DNA of 124,000 nt from Hyalangium minutum (GCF_000737315.1 NZ_JMCB01000001.1:144001-268000); one strand, 5' to 3'; counted from the stretch's first letter, positions 73,973 through 86,600 are shown. Made by a program: numbers and translations. The notes: generated by a model from the sequence alone, not told the origin.

Positions 73973-75144
73973 GAGAGCTCCGAGATGCGCATGCCCGGCA
74001 CCACCACGCGCCGCACGTGCAGGCCCGACACGGGCGCGTCGAGCGTGAGGGCGGCCACCTGGGTGAAGCCCGCGCTCCGCAGGTGGTTCATCACCCGCCG
74101 CACGCTCCGCACCGGCGAGGCCTCCTCTGCGGCGAAGTCCGGCATGGTGTCGGCTTGACGCTTGGGGCGCACCGACGCACAGACCCGGGCGAGGCCTCGC
74201 ACCGCCCCGCGCTCCGCCGAGGACAACGGCTGCGGCGTCCCCTGCAGTGCCGAGAGCCGGGCACACGCGGCCTCCAGCAACGCACGCAGCAGCGCCTGAT
74301 CCCTCCCCAGCGCGCACGCATACCCCACCGTGAGCGGCACTGGCCCGTCCTCTTCATCCACCAGCACCGCCGCGGCCACCGGAAGCCCCACCGCCCCCGG
74401 TGTCCGCGAGGTGGGCGTCGCATCAAAGAGGTACACGCCAAACCCTCGCTTCTTCAAAATCCTGGCCAGCGCCTCCGTGCGAGGCGCCGCTCGCCCCAGC
74501 ACCACGGGCCCCAGCATGCGCCGCCGCATGGCCTCCTCCGTCCACCCGTCCGGCAGCGCCCGGGCGAGCTGATCCCGCTTCGTCGCCTCCAGCAGCGCCT
74601 GCAACAGCGCGCGCTGGGCATCTGGATCCGCCCCCGTGCCGTTGCGCGTCCACATCACGCTCACCGGCCCCAGCGCCACCGCGCCCGCGGGCGGGCAATG
74701 CACCCCCTGCGCCGGCACCCAGACGTTCCTCCGCGAGTGCAGCTCCGTGGCCTGCCTCCACGCGCACCGCACGGAGTCCCCCCACAGCCGGGGCTCCACC
74801 AGCCTCCCCGCCGAGCCCAGCGCCTCGGCGCTCCAGGCCTCACCGCTGCGCGGATCCAGCTCCGCGCGCGCGGCCCACACCAGCTGGCTCGTGGGGACGT
74901 GCTCCGCGGCCCAGAGCACCGCCGTCTCATAAAGCGCGCTCAGAGCCGCGTGCTCGAAGGTCAACCCCGGGCCCGAGCACGCTCCGAGCCCAGGGCTGCC
75001 GGGCCTCACGGCGCACGCCACCTCCACCCCCGTACGGTCCAATCCCGTCACCCTGGCCACACGGGTGACCTCCATGGCCTCAGCCAGCCGCTCTTGGAAA
75101 ATCTGCGAGACAAGGACGTGTTTGGTAGGAAGCACGGCACACAA
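73969..75144 (-). CDS. YcaO-like protein with degenerate ATP-binding motifs
   Basis: VTRVARVTGLDRTGV, C-terminal VVVPGM; start uncertain. Confidence 0.8.
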   Translation of the reverse strand: MCAVLPTKHVLVSQIFQERLAEAMEVTRVARVTGLDRTGVEVACAVRPGSPGLGACSGPGLTFEHAALSALYETAVLWAAEHVPTSQLVWAARAELDPRSGEAWSAEALGSAGRLVEPRLWGDSVRCAWRQATELHSRRNVWVPAQGVHCPPAGAVALGPVSVMWTRNGTGADPDAQRALLQALLEATKRDQLARALPDGWTEEAMRRRMLGPVVLGRAAPRTEALARILKKRGFGVYLFDATPTSRTPGAVGLPVAAAVLVDEEDGPVPLTVGYACALGRDQALLRALLEAACARLSALQGTPQPLSSAERGAVRGLARVCASVRPKRQADTMPDFAAEEASPVRSVRRVMNHLRSAGFTQVAALTLDAPVSGLHVRRVVVPGMRISELS

Positions 75145-75239
75145 CCTTAACTCGAAAACGAGCCCCGCAATCCACCCATCGTTTGCGCCCCCAGCCGCAT
75201 GGAGCGTGATAGGGGGGGAAAACAGAGGGAGTACGCCGG

Positions 75240-75725
75240 ATGATTCAGGTTGGAGATCCAGCGCCGGACTTCACCGCCACCGACTGCCAGGGGCGCCCCC
75301 TCTCCCTCTCCTCACTCCGAGGGCGGCGCGTGGTGCTGTTCTTCTTCCCCAAGGCGTTCACCATCGGCTGCACCCTCGAAGTGCGCGCTTTCCGGGACAA
75401 CCAGGCCCGCATCGAGGCGCTGGGCGCGAACCTGGTCGGAGTGTCCGTGGACTCCGTGGCCACCCAGTGCGCCTTCGCCGCCCGGGAGCACATCCACTTC
75501 GCCCTCCTCGGAGACGACGAGCGCCGCATCAGCAAGGCCTATGATGTGCTCTGGCCCGTGCTGAACGTGGATCGCCGCGTCACCTTCATCCTCGGGCCGG
75601 ACGGCAAGGTGGAGGCCGTCATCCGCCACGAGGCCCGCGTCTACCGGCACCTGGATGACGTCTTGCGTTACCTCCAGGACCACCCGCTCCCCGCCGCCCC
75701 GGGCACTGGGCCCTCACGCGGCTAG
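75240..75725 (+). CDS. Peroxiredoxin (Bcp/AhpC-TSA family)
   Basis: VGDPAPDF, FFPKAFTIGCT. Confidence 0.92.
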   Translation: MIQVGDPAPDFTATDCQGRPLSLSSLRGRRVVLFFFPKAFTIGCTLEVRAFRDNQARIEALGANLVGVSVDSVATQCAFAAREHIHFALLGDDERRISKAYDVLWPVLNVDRRVTFILGPDGKVEAVIRHEARVYRHLDDVLRYLQDHPLPAAPGTGPSRG

Positions 75726-76306
75726 TCCCACTGACAGAGGTACTCGCAGTGAGGCGCACCCTTGGCGACACACTTGGGGTGGGTGACGCGGACGGCGCTG
75801 CCGCCGGACAGCTCGATGGCGCGCTGGTGCCAGCCGACAATGGTGAGGCAGTCCGTCTCGGTGACGTTCTCCGCCCCGAAGGTGCGCAGGATGGCCGAGC
75901 GCGGGCCGAGCTTCTCGTAGGTGCGCGAGCCGACGGCGTAATAGAAGCGGTAGATCTGCGGCGCCTGGCTGAGCAGGAAGTGCGGCTCGCCCGGGCGCAC
76001 GAAGACGTGCTGGGCGCCCTTGAGGTTCTCGTCCGCCGAGGCCCGGCCCATGTCCATGAAGGCCCGGGTGCGGTCCTCGGGGGACAGCACGTCCGCGATG
76101 GCCGCGTCCAGGCGCAGGTTCAGATCGAACGGGTACCAGTTGATCGGAAGGATCATCTTCCGCAGCAGCGTCTGGTCCGCCGGAGGCAACCGCTTCAGCA
76201 CCTCCTCCAGACGCGCCTGCCCCCCCTGCTGGCGCACCAGGTTCAGCCGGGAGATGAGCACCGTGCCCTTGATGCGCGAGTGAGAGGGAGAACCGGCCGT
76301 GGCCAT
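75722..76306 (-). CDS. TIGR02265/DUF2378-like myxobacterial protein (V4R-like C-terminus)
   Basis: RIKGTVLISRL, WYPF, C..KGAPHCEY..W. Confidence 0.7.
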   Translation of the reverse strand: MATAGSPSHSRIKGTVLISRLNLVRQQGGQARLEEVLKRLPPADQTLLRKMILPINWYPFDLNLRLDAAIADVLSPEDRTRAFMDMGRASADENLKGAQHVFVRPGEPHFLLSQAPQIYRFYYAVGSRTYEKLGPRSAILRTFGAENVTETDCLTIVGWHQRAIELSGGSAVRVTHPKCVAKGAPHCEYLCQWD

Positions 76307-76492
76307 GGAGGGGAGCGGCATCTTGGCAGTGACGTATGCGACGGGGCAACCCTCTGCAACTGCTGCGAAGAGCGCCTGGGAAGCCTGGTCGCTTGCCCCC
76401 TCCGAAGCTCGGCGGGAGACCCGGTTTGTAACCTTTTGTCCCTCTCCGTGTTCCCATTCCATGTGAAGGTCTGGCACACAGAGGGAGTCCCC

Positions 76493-77101
76493 ATGCGCCC
76501 CCGGTTGGCGGTGGCAAGCGCCCCTGCCCCTACAGATGAGGAGCTGTGCCGAGCCTTCCTGGATGGGGACGAGGCCGCCTTTGGCGTGCTGGTAGAGCGA
76601 TATCGCACCCTGGTCCTCTCGCTGGTCCGCCGCTTCGTCCCCCGGCCCGAGGACGCGGCGGACCTGGCGCAGCAGGCCTTTTTGAGGGCGTTGGAGGCCT
76701 CGCACCGCGTCTTCCTGAACTGGAAGTGGACGAGCTCCACCCCCTTCCGCTCCTGGCTGGTGCGGATTGCGCTCAACCTGGCGAAGAACCATGCGCGCCA
76801 GGGGAACCGCTGGCGCACCGCCCTGCTGACAGAGGTGGAGGATGCCTCGGCGGACCCGGGCGAGTCCCCCCAGGAGCGGCTGGAGCAGCAGGAGCGCGAG
76901 CGGCGCCTCCAGGCTGCGGTGATCGCCCTGCCCCGCCGCCAGCGCGAGGTCCTCACCCTCCGGGTGGATGCGGACCTGCCCTTTCGAGACATCGCCGAGA
77001 CACTCGGCATCACCGAGAACAATGCCAAGGTGCAGTTCCACCACGCCGTGAAGCGCCTGAAGGCGGAGGTGGCTGGCGCGCCAGAGGAGACGGACGAATG
77101 A
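76493..77101 (+). CDS. ECF RNA polymerase sigma factor
   Basis: DAADLAQQAF, FRSWLVRIALN, LPRRQREV, EIAETL. Confidence 0.92.
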   Translation: MRPRLAVASAPAPTDEELCRAFLDGDEAAFGVLVERYRTLVLSLVRRFVPRPEDAADLAQQAFLRALEASHRVFLNWKWTSSTPFRSWLVRIALNLAKNHARQGNRWRTALLTEVEDASADPGESPQERLEQQERERRLQAAVIALPRRQREVLTLRVDADLPFRDIAETLGITENNAKVQFHHAVKRLKAEVAGAPEETDE

Positions 77102-77646
77102 ACGCGTGCCCCGAGTACGAGGAGCTGCTGACGCTCCATGCCACCGGAGCGCTGGAGGCCCAGGACGAAGCTCGCGTCCGCGCGCACCTGGCCTCTTGCA
77201 CCGCGTGCCGAAGTGAGGCCGAGTCGACCGCGCGCCTCCTCTCGACCGTGGCGCTGCCGGCGCCCTCGCCAGCAATGCGGCAACGAATGGACACGCTGCC
77301 TCAGCGGACGCTGGGGGCGTGGCGGCGCGAGCAGGTGCGCCAGGCCTTCCGGGCCCGGACCGTGGGCGCGATGCTGGCTGCGGCGGCAACGGTATTGCTG
77401 GTGGTGAGCCCGTCGCTGCGAGGCGCGGGTCAGCCCAAGGGAACCGTGGCGCTGCCGACCGCAGTCTCGCAGCAGGAGGCAGAGTCCGAGTCCGAGTTTG
77501 AGCAGTGGGCCGTCGCGGATCCGCTCGGCGATGAGCTGGACGCACTGCTGGCCGATGAGGACTTGGACGAGTGGGACGAAGACGCCGAGATGGAGCCGTC
77601 CGCGAGTGAGCTGTTCTTGAACCCGAACCTGGGAGAGATGCCGTGA
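77098..77646 (+). CDS. Zinc-finger anti-sigma factor (ZAS)
   Basis: HLASCTAC; TM helix; overlaps sigma stop. Confidence 0.85.
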   Translation: MNACPEYEELLTLHATGALEAQDEARVRAHLASCTACRSEAESTARLLSTVALPAPSPAMRQRMDTLPQRTLGAWRREQVRQAFRARTVGAMLAAAATVLLVVSPSLRGAGQPKGTVALPTAVSQQEAESESEFEQWAVADPLGDELDALLADEDLDEWDEDAEMEPSASELFLNPNLGEMP

Positions 77647-78173
77647 TGAAGCCGATTCGAGTGGCAGTGCTGACCCTGGCCTTGTTGCCGATGGCCGCGC
77701 TCGCGGCGGATCCGAATGCCCAAGCCCAGGCCCAGGCCCAGGCCGAGCAACGGGCGGAGAAGCAGCTGCGCCTGGCGCGGGTGCTGGGACTCGCCGAGGA
77801 ACTGGAGCTGGACTCACAGCAGGCCCTGAAGCTGGACGAGACGCTGCGCAAGTTCGACGAGCGGCGCCGCCCGCTGCGCGAGCAGGTCCGCGAGTCGGCG
77901 GACATCCTCGAGCGAGCGGCCGACGGGGACACCGCGGCGCTGGGCCAGGTGGAGCAGGCGGCGCAGCACGCGTTCGATGCCAGGGCACAGCTGGCGGCGC
78001 TGGATCGGGAGATGTACCAGTCGCTCTCCCGGGATCTGCCGCCGCAGAAGCGGGCGAAGCTGGCGCTCTTCATGGCGCGCTTCGAGAACCGGTTCAACAA
78101 GAAGCTCCGCGGGGAGCTGCGCGAGAAGGTGAAGAAGATGAACCGGTTCCGCGCACTGGACAACCAGGGCTGA
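77643..78173 (+). CDS. Periplasmic Spy/CpxP-like helical protein
   Basis: Signal peptide; LELDSQQ..L; LPPQKRAK. Confidence 0.65.
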   Translation: MMKPIRVAVLTLALLPMAALAADPNAQAQAQAQAEQRAEKQLRLARVLGLAEELELDSQQALKLDETLRKFDERRRPLREQVRESADILERAADGDTAALGQVEQAAQHAFDARAQLAALDREMYQSLSRDLPPQKRAKLALFMARFENRFNKKLRGELREKVKKMNRFRALDNQG

Positions 78174-78191
78174 GCCTCTCGGACCGGGCCG

Positions 78192-81100
78192 TCACCGAGC
78201 GGTGGCCCGGGCCTTGCGCTCCTCGCCCTGTGCGAACAGGGCCTTGAGCACGCGCCCGGTCGCCGTCTTCATCTTGCACAGCTCCCGAGGCGTTCCCTCC
78301 GCCACGATGCGGCCGCCCTCCTCGCCTCCCTCGGGCCCCAGCTCCACAACGTGCTCCGCGGAGGCGATGACGGACGGGTGGTGCTCGATCACCACCAGCG
78401 TGTCTCCCCGATCCACCAGCCGCCCCAGGAAGGTGATGAGCCGGTCCACGTCGCCCAGGTGGAGTCCCGTGGTGGGCTCGTCGAGCACGTAGAGCGTCGG
78501 CTCGTGGCGCGAGTTCGCCGTCAGCTCCGCCGCCAGCTTGAGCCGCTGGGCCTCGCCGCCGGACAGCGTGTTGGAGCCCTGGCCCAACTGCAGGTACCCC
78601 ACACCGAGGTCCGAGAGGCACTCCAGCGGCGCGGCCACCTTGGGCAGCGCGCGGAAGACCTCCTTGGCCTCGTCGGCGGACAGCCGCAGCACCTCGCCGA
78701 TGGTGAGCCCGTGGTAGCGCACCTCGAGAGTGGCCGCATCAAAGCGGGCCCCGCCGCACACCTCGCACGGCGTCACCACGTCCGGGAGGAACGCCATCTC
78801 GTGGGAGATGGCCCCTTGCCCCTCGCATGCCGGGCACCGGCCTCCAGCGGCGGTGTTGAAGGAGAAGCGTGCCGGACCGAAGCCCCGGATCTTGGCCTCG
78901 GGAGTGGCGGCGAAGGCGCGGCGCAGCTCGTCCCAGATGCCGAGGAACGTCGCCGGCACCGAGCGCGGTGTGCGCCCGATGGGAGACTGGTCCACCGCCA
79001 GCACGCGGGAGATCGCCTCCACGCCGTGCAGCGATTCGAACGGCCCAGGCTTCGGCCCCACCAGTCCAAGCTTCTCGCGCAGCGCCGGGTACAGCACCTG
79101 GCGGATGAGCGTGCTCTTGCCCGAACCGGAGACGCCGGAGACGACCGTGAGCCTCCTGACAGGCAGCCGGAGATCGACGCGCTTCAGGTTGTTGGCGCGG
79201 GCACCCTTCAGCTCGAGCCACTTCTGGGGCTCTCCGCGAGTGCTGGGAGGGCGAATCTGCGAGGCCCGGAGCGCCTTCGCGGTCGGTGAGTCCTCCCGTT
79301 GCAGCACGTCCTCCGGAGCGCCCTCGGCGAGGATGCGCCCACCGCCACGTCCGCCCGTGGGCCCCAGATCGATGAGGTGGTCCGCCGCGCGGATGGTGTC
79401 CGTGTCGTGCTCCACCACGAGCACGGAAGACCCCGTGTCCACGAGCGCCCGGAGGTTGGACAGCAGCCGGTGGGTGTCGCGCGGGTGCAGGCCAATGGTG
79501 GGCTCGTCGAGCACGTACAGCGCCCCCGTGAGCCCCGCTCCGAGCTGTGCCGAGAGGCGCAGCCGCTGCATCTCGCCTCCCGAGAGCGTGGCGGCGGCGC
79601 GATCCAATGAGAGGTAGCCCAGCCCCACGCGATCGAGGAACTCCAGGCGCCGGACAAGCTCCTGGCGCGAGGGCTCACCGATGAGCGCCCGATCCCCACG
79701 GAACTTCCAGCCCTGGACACGCGCCAGCGTGGCGGTGACGGAGTTCTGCACCACCTCGTGGTACCGCGCGTTCTCCAACCTCACGGCGCGAGGCACCGGA
79801 GACAGACGCGAGCCCTGACAGGTACGGCACGGAGCGGTGTGGCCCTCGGCGATGGCCTCGGCGCCGCCCTCGACACCTGTGCCCTCACAGGCCTCGCAGC
79901 GCCCCTGCTTCGTATTGAAGGAGAACCAGCGTGGGTCCAGCTCCGGCACAGCGGTTCCACAGCGAGGACAGGTGCGCTCGGTGGACAGCAGCGTCTCGCC
80001 CTTGGCGCTCCGCACTTTCAGCGCGCCCTGGCCCCAGCCCAGCGCCCGATCGAACACAGGGCGAGGCAGCTTGGCCAGCTTGCCCTCGTACATGACGAGG
80101 TCGATGTCGTGCTCGCGTGTCTTCGTCAGCCGTGGCGGGTTGTCCGTGTTGGCGATCTGCCCGTCCACGATGGCCGTGGTGATCCCCGCGCGAGCCGCCG
80201 CCGCGAAGAGATCCAGGTACGTTCCCTTGCGAGCCCGGACCGCGGGAGCCAGCACGGTGCCGTCCCCCTTCGACTCGGTGAGCTGTGCGTACAGCGCATC
80301 CGGCGAGGTGGAGGCAATCGGCGAGTCATCGTTCGGGCAGTGCGGCTGGCCCAGCTTGGCGAACAGGAGGCGCAGGTAGTGAGCCACCTCCGTCACGGTG
80401 GCCACGGTGCTCGTAGCGCCCGCGCGCGAGGTGCGCTGCTCCAGGGCCACGGTGGGCGGGATGCTGCTGATGCGCTCCACGTCCGGCCGAGGCATGGTCG
80501 GCAAGAACTGCCGCGCATACGGCGTCAGCGTCTCCAGGAAGCGCCGCTGGCCCTCGGCAAAGACGACGTCGAACGCCAGCGAGCTCTTCCCCGAGCCGCT
80601 GGGCCCCGTCACCACCGTCATCTTCCCCAGGGGAATGCGGCAGGAGATCTCCTGGAGGTTGTGCTCGCGCGCATGCTCCACCTCGATGGCCGGGCTGCCC
80701 GCGGCGGCCTTCCGAGGCTTCGCTGGGCGCCGAGCCCCGGTGCTCTCCTCGCGCAGGGCCGCTGCGGTGAGACCTGAGCCCTTGGCCAACTCGGCGGGAG
80801 TGCCCTCGGCCACCAGACGCCCACCATGCCGCCCACCGCCCGGTCCCAGATCGATGATCCAGTCCGAGCCCCGCATGACGGAGAGGTCATGGTCCACGAC
80901 GACGACGCTAGCGCCCCGCCCCACCAACTCGTGCAGCGCCGCGAGCACATGGCGCACATCGAGCTCATGCAGGCCCGCGCTCGGCTCGTCGATCAGGAAG
81001 AGCGAGCCCTTGGCCTCACTCGCCAGCGCCCGGGCCAACTTCAGCCGCTGCGCCTCGCCCCCCGAGAGCGTGGAGAGCGGCTGCCCGAGCGACAGGTAGC

Positions 81101-83489
81101 CCAGGCCGAGCCGCGCCACGGGCCCCAGGGTGCGCTTCAGCGCGGTATCGTCCCCGAAGTGCTTCAGTACCTCGTCCACGGTGAGCTCCAGCACCTGCGC
81201 GACGCTGAAGCCCTGGTGCTGGACGGCGAGCACCTCCTCCTTGAAGCGCCGGCCCCGGCAGACGGCGCAGCGCAGCGCCACGTCCGCGAGGAACTGCATC
81301 TCCACCGTCTCGTAGCCCTCGCCCGAGCAGGCCTCGCAGCGGCCCTTGTCCACGTTGAAGGAGAAGTGGGCGGCGGTCAGGCCTCGCACCTCGGCCTCGG
81401 GCTCCGAGGCGAAGCGCTCGCGCAGCCGATCCCAGGCCTTGGTGTACGTGGCGGCATTGCCTCGCGAGGTGCGCCCCAGCGGCGACTGGTCCACGAAGGT
81501 GATGGACTTCACCGTCTCGGCGCCCTCCAGCGCGTCTACCGCCCCAGGGGCCTCGATGTCCTTCTCCCCCAGTCCGCGCGCCAGGTGCCGGTAGAGCACC
81601 TCGTCCATCAGCGTGCTCTTGCCCGAACCACTCGGCCCCGTGATGGCGCACAGCACTCCCAGCGGAACGCGCACCGTCAAACCCTGGAGGTTGTGCTCAT
81701 GGGCATTGCGCACGACCAGCTCCCCCGTGCGCTGCCGAGTCGTGCGCGGCGTCTCCTGCGTCCCCGCCAGGAGCTGACCCGTGGGAAGGTCCGTCCGCTT
81801 CGCCAGGGCCTCGGGCGGACCATCGAAGCACAGCTTCCCGCCGTGCTTGCCCGCGCCAGGCCCCAACTCCAGGACCCGGTGGGCGGAGCGGATGACGTGC
81901 TCGTCCTGCTCGATGACGAGCGTGACGTTCCCTCGCTCCGCCAGCTCGGCCATGGCCTCGGTGAGCGGGCGTACGTCGCTGGGGTGGAGGCCCACGGTGG
82001 GCTCGTCCAGGACGAAGAGGGCCCCCGTGAGCGACGTGCCGAGCGCCGCGGTGAGCGACACGCGCTGGGCCTCGCCTCCGGAGAGCGTCCGCGCGGGCCG
82101 ATCCAGCGTGAGGTAACCCAACCCCACACGCAGCAAGTAGCGGAGCCGGCTGGCCAGCTCCTTGCGCGCCAGCTCGCCCTGGCCGGTGGTGGTGCGCAGC
82201 GACTCCAGGCGCTCGCACGCGTCGGACAGCTCCAGCCGGTGCCAGGCCGCCAGATCCAGCCCCCCCACGCGGTACGCCAGGGCCTGCTCGTTCAGCCGAG
82301 CCCCCTGGCACTTCTCGCAGAGCGAGTACGCCCGGTAGCGCGAGAGCAGCACGCGCACGTGCATCTTGTACGTGCGGCTCTCCATCCATCGGAACCACGC
82401 GCGCACGCCGGGGTACGAGCGCCCATCGTGGTAGTCACCCTCGCCCTCCAGCACCATCTCCCGCTGCTCCGGCTGGAGCGAGCTCCACGGCGTGTCCAGG
82501 GGGATGCCCATGGCCTTGGCGTAGCGGTGGAGCATGTTGCGCTCCCATTCCGAGGTCTTCCCGGACCACGGCCGGATGGCCCCCTGCGCGAGGCTGAGCG
82601 AGGGATTGGGGATGACCTTGTCCCAGTCGATGCCGATGGTGCGCCCGAAGCCCCGGCACGTGGCGCACGCGCCCGTGGGGGACTGGTAGCTGAAGAGCCC
82701 CGGGCGTGCGGGCTCGAACTCACGCGCGCACTTCGGGCACACGAGGCCTCGGCGGATGCGCCGCGTAGCGCCACCGGGGAGGAACAGCATGGCCTCGCCC
82801 TCGCTGCGCGCCCACGCGTCCTCGACCGCCTGGGTAAGGCGGGAGAGCTGCCCCTGCGCCAGCTTCACGCGATCCACCACCACCTGGGCGACGCCCGCGG
82901 AGTCCGTCGCCTCGCTCGGCCGCAGCGCCTCCAGCTCCCGCACCTCGCCCTGCACCACGAGCCGGTGGTAGCCGTCCTTGAGCAGCCGGGCGCGCACATC
83001 GAGGAACTCGGCGGTGCCAGCAATGCGCACGGGCCACGTGAGGATGACCTGCGCGTCCGGGTGCTCGGAGATGGCCGCCGCTGCCGCCACGCGCGCGTCC
83101 GTCCGGACTGCCTCCACGCCACAGGCGGGACATACCGGCATGGCCTCCCGGGTGAAGAGCGCGGAGAGGTAGGCCTCCACGTCCGCCAGCGTGGCCACTG
83201 TGGAGCGCGAGCTCTTCACGGGGGCCCGGCGATCCACTGCCACGCCGGCCGCCACCGGCTCGAGCTGGTCCATGGGCGGCCGCTCCAGCCGCTCGAGGAA
83301 CTGGCGAGCGTACGGGCTGAAGCTCTCCACGAAGCGCCGCTGGCCCTCGGCGTAGAGCGTGTCGAGCGCAAGGCTCGATTTCCCGGCACCGGAGACCCCG
83401 GTGATGCAGACGAGCTCTCCTTCCGAGAGATCCACGGAGAGCGATTGGAGGTTGTGGGTACGGGCGCCTACAAGGTGCGTCTTATGCAT
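78192..83489 (-). CDS. uvrA: Double-length UvrA (tandem UvrA fusion)
   Basis: Four ABC cassettes ([24 protein letters not shown] repeated); Zn-finger CxxC motifs. Confidence 0.92.
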   Translation of the reverse strand: MHKTHLVGARTHNLQSLSVDLSEGELVCITGVSGAGKSSLALDTLYAEGQRRFVESFSPYARQFLERLERPPMDQLEPVAAGVAVDRRAPVKSSRSTVATLADVEAYLSALFTREAMPVCPACGVEAVRTDARVAAAAAISEHPDAQVILTWPVRIAGTAEFLDVRARLLKDGYHRLVVQGEVRELEALRPSEATDSAGVAQVVVDRVKLAQGQLSRLTQAVEDAWARSEGEAMLFLPGGATRRIRRGLVCPKCAREFEPARPGLFSYQSPTGACATCRGFGRTIGIDWDKVIPNPSLSLAQGAIRPWSGKTSEWERNMLHRYAKAMGIPLDTPWSSLQPEQREMVLEGEGDYHDGRSYPGVRAWFRWMESRTYKMHVRVLLSRYRAYSLCEKCQGARLNEQALAYRVGGLDLAAWHRLELSDACERLESLRTTTGQGELARKELASRLRYLLRVGLGYLTLDRPARTLSGGEAQRVSLTAALGTSLTGALFVLDEPTVGLHPSDVRPLTEAMAELAERGNVTLVIEQDEHVIRSAHRVLELGPGAGKHGGKLCFDGPPEALAKRTDLPTGQLLAGTQETPRTTRQRTGELVVRNAHEHNLQGLTVRVPLGVLCAITGPSGSGKSTLMDEVLYRHLARGLGEKDIEAPGAVDALEGAETVKSITFVDQSPLGRTSRGNAATYTKAWDRLRERFASEPEAEVRGLTAAHFSFNVDKGRCEACSGEGYETVEMQFLADVALRCAVCRGRRFKEEVLAVQHQGFSVAQVLELTVDEVLKHFGDDTALKRTLGPVARLGLGYLSLGQPLSTLSGGEAQRLKLARALASEAKGSLFLIDEPSAGLHELDVRHVLAALHELVGRGASVVVVDHDLSVMRGSDWIIDLGPGGGRHGGRLVAEGTPAELAKGSGLTAAALREESTGARRPAKPRKAAAGSPAIEVEHAREHNLQEISCRIPLGKMTVVTGPSGSGKSSLAFDVVFAEGQRRFLETLTPYARQFLPTMPRPDVERISSIPPTVALEQRTSRAGATSTVATVTEVAHYLRLLFAKLGQPHCPNDDSPIASTSPDALYAQLTESKGDGTVLAPAVRARKGTYLDLFAAAARAGITTAIVDGQIANTDNPPRLTKTREHDIDLVMYEGKLAKLPRPVFDRALGWGQGALKVRSAKGETLLSTERTCPRCGTAVPELDPRWFSFNTKQGRCEACEGTGVEGGAEAIAEGHTAPCRTCQGSRLSPVPRAVRLENARYHEVVQNSVTATLARVQGWKFRGDRALIGEPSRQELVRRLEFLDRVGLGYLSLDRAAATLSGGEMQRLRLSAQLGAGLTGALYVLDEPTIGLHPRDTHRLLSNLRALVDTGSSVLVVEHDTDTIRAADHLIDLGPTGGRGGGRILAEGAPEDVLQREDSPTAKALRASQIRPPSTRGEPQKWLELKGARANNLKRVDLRLPVRRLTVVSGVSGSGKSTLIRQVLYPALREKLGLVGPKPGPFESLHGVEAISRVLAVDQSPIGRTPRSVPATFLGIWDELRRAFAATPEAKIRGFGPARFSFNTAAGGRCPACEGQGAISHEMAFLPDVVTPCEVCGGARFDAATLEVRYHGLTIGEVLRLSADEAKEVFRALPKVAAPLECLSDLGVGYLQLGQGSNTLSGGEAQRLKLAAELTANSRHEPTLYVLDEPTTGLHLGDVDRLITFLGRLVDRGDTLVVIEHHPSVIASAEHVVELGPEGGEEGGRIVAEGTPRELCKMKTATGRVLKALFAQGEERKARATAR

Positions 83490-83602
83490 GGAGGCCGCGT
83501 CATTTAACGGCTGGATTGGCTCTCGCCAAGCTTATCCATCAGGTTGGATCCCCAGGCGGACGGTGGCCTGCCTACTCCCTCGTCGAGGAGCCTCCCCATC
83601 CC

Positions 83603-83640
83603 AAAAGAAAGGGCCGCCACGCTCGCGCGTAACGGCCCTG
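83603..83640 (-). terminator. Rho-independent terminator after TBDR
   Basis: On minus strand gggccg...cggccc followed by tttctttt. Confidence 0.65.
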
Positions 83641-83663
83641 GGAACTTCAGACCTCGGACTGGC

Positions 83664-86600
83664 CTAGTAGTAGTTGTAGGTCAGGCGCAGGTAGAAGTAG
83701 CGGCCCATGTAGTCGTAGGTCGACGCGTCCGAGGACGCGAGGAACCCGTTGGCCACCAGCACCGGCTTGGTGTTGAACAGGTTGTTCACACCGAACTGCG
83801 CGCCCGCGGTGCCGCTCTTCAGCTCCAGATCGTACGACACGTTCGCGTCGAACGTGTAGTAGTCCTGCACCATGCGGGAGATCGGCTGCACCGCGTTCGG
83901 ATCCGACTCGTCGAACTGGCAGCTGTTGAACTCGCACTCCTTGAAGCCGTTGATGAAGCGCATGTTCACCGCAGCGGCCAGCGAGTCCCTGGCCCAGTTC
84001 AGTCCCACGTTCGCGCGCCAGTTGGTGTATACGCCGTCCAGATCGTAGTTGCCCTTGGCCTTGATGACGTCTCCGTTGGCCAGCGTCCGGTCGAACTTCT
84101 GCAGCCAGGTCGCGTCCGCGCTCACGCCCACGCGGCCAAACGGCGTCTGCGGCGAGTAGCGGATGGAGAAGTCCAGGCCGCCCGTCTTGTCGCCACCCAC
84201 GTTGGTGAGCGGGTCGGAGATGTCCACGATGTAGCCGTCCGTGTCGCGAGTGATGCGCTCGCAGTACTGCGACGAAGCCGGGCCACCCGCCGAGTAGCAA
84301 CTGTTGAGGATCACGTCGGCGGTCAGGTTGGTGATCGCGTTGTCCACGTTGATCAGGTAGTAGTCCACCGTGGCGGTGACATCCTTCGCGAACCGCGGCT
84401 CGAACACCGCGCCCACCGTGAAGATCTCGGCGGTCTCCGGCTTCAGGTTGACGTTGCCGCCCAGCCGCGTGCGCTGCTGGCTGCGATCATCCGAGAAGTC
84501 TTCCGGAACCGCCTGCGCGTTGCAGACCGCATCCACCCCAGTGCCCGACTCGCGGTCCGAGCACGGGTCCACCACCTCCGGGAAGCCGTCCGTCTGGCCC
84601 AGGTAGAGCTCGTTCACGGAGGGCGCGCGGAAGGCCGTGGAGTACGTGGCGCGCAGCGTGAAGTCCGGGATCGGGCTCACGCGGGTGCCAAACTTGTACG
84701 TGAAGTCCGAGCCGAACGTGTTGTAGCTGAACACGCGCGCGGCGCCCGTCACTTCCACGATGTCCCGCAGCTCGTTCGTTTCGGGGTTGATCTCACCGAA
84801 GAGGGGCACGGACAGCTCGGCGTAGGCCTCGTTCACATAGAAGCGGCCCTCCGTGGAGTTCTCCTTGGTGCCCGTGGTGTCACCCGCGGCCGTCAGCGGA
84901 TCCGGAATGTAGGAACCACCCTCGCGGCGGTGCTCGTAACCGAGCGCCAGACCCGAAGAGTGCGCCGTCGGAGTGACCTTGAACAGCTCGCCCGCGAAAT
85001 TCGCCGACAGCGACGTCTGCTGGGTGAAGCCGCGCGTGGTGCCCCGGAAGCTCAGGTAGTCGGCCATCTCCTTGGAGATGGTGCCCTCGCCGCCGAACAG
85101 GTTCAGCGGGACGCAAGCATCCGGATCGATCGGAGCCTCGGGTGTGCCGCACACGGCCTTGCCCGACGCGTTCATGAAGCTCGGGCCGAGCGCCGCCGCC
85201 AGCCGGCTGAGCCGCAGCGTGCCCTGCTTGGTCGTGACGCCCTGCGTACGGCCGTAGTTGTAGGCCACATCCCAGTGCCAGTCCTGCAGCGCGCCGAAGT
85301 CCTGGTCCAGCTTGCCCTCCAGGCCGGTGACGACGCGGAAGGTCGTCAGGTCCTGTGCGTAGTCACGGGTGCCGAACTCATTCAGGCGGCGGCGAACATC
85401 CACGAAGTCACGGCCGAACGGGTTGTAGACGTTGCCCGCCGAGACGGTCAGCCCCTCGGTCGAGGTGAAGAGCGGCTCGGAGGCGAGCTTCTGCTTCGAC
85501 TGGCGGTTGGTGTAGCTGGCCTCGTAGAAGGCGCGAGTACCCGCTCCGAGCCGCAGACCGCCCGTGGTGTACAGGTGCGCGCGCTCCTGCGGCGTCACCA
85601 GGTAGTTGTCGGGCTGGTAGTTGAAGTAGTCACCCCCCGCGTCCTCCACGCCAATGGTGTTGAAAGGCCGGAACTCTCCCGTCCGCCGGTCGATCGTGAA
85701 GACGCTGGCGTCCGGGTAGCGCGCCGTCAGAGCATCCCAGGCCCCGTTGCCTCCCGTGGCGCCACGCGTGAGGAACACGCCCATCGGCGTGGACGAGCTG
85801 CCCTCCGTGGAAATCTGGCGCGAGGCGAAGTCGTAGAACGTGTCGTACTTGCTGAACTGCCGGTCCCCGGCGAACACGTCCTTCTGCGTGTAGTAGCCCG
85901 CGGTGAACAGGATGTTGCCGCGCTCGGTGCTCTGGCCCGTCGTCAGGCTCAGGTCATACAGCAGACCGTCACCGTGCGAGGACAAACCGGAGAACGCACG
86001 CAGCTCGGTGCCCGAGTAGTCCTTGCGGGTGATGATGTTCACCACGCCCGCGATGGCGTCCGAGCCGTACACCGCCGAGCCACCGTCTTTAAGGATCTCG
86101 ATGCGCTGGATGGCCGCGGTGGGGATGGAGTTCAGGTCCACCGTGGCATCGGCGCCCGTACCACCGGCCACGTGGCGGCGGCCGTTGAGCAGCACCAGCG
86201 TACGGCCCGTGCCCAGGCCGCGCAGGTTCACGCGCGTGGCACCGTCGCCGCCGTTGTTGTACTGCGTGTTGATGGCGTTGGACTGCTCCGGGAGGCTCTG
86301 GAGGATTTCACCGATGGACGTCTTGCCCGTCTTCTCGAGCTGCGCCTTGTCGAGCACCGTCACGGGCGCCGCCGTCGTCAGCTCCTTGCGCGGAATGCGC
86401 GAGCCGGTGACGACGATCTCCTCGATGTACTCCTCGGGCGGCGGCTCCTCGGCCGCAGGCGGCGGCGCCTTGGGGGCGGGCTTGAGGGCTGGCTTGGGGG
86501 CCGGCTTGGCCTGGGGCTGCGCGGCGGGCGCGGCCGGCTGGGCCTCCGGCGTTGCCTCGATGGGCTGCGGGACGGGAGTGGCGGGCTGAGCCGCGGCGGG

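Noticed and set aside
78192-83489. UvrA as DrrC-like resistance gene of the PKS cluster
   Set aside because: 43 kb from the cluster and in an unrelated context
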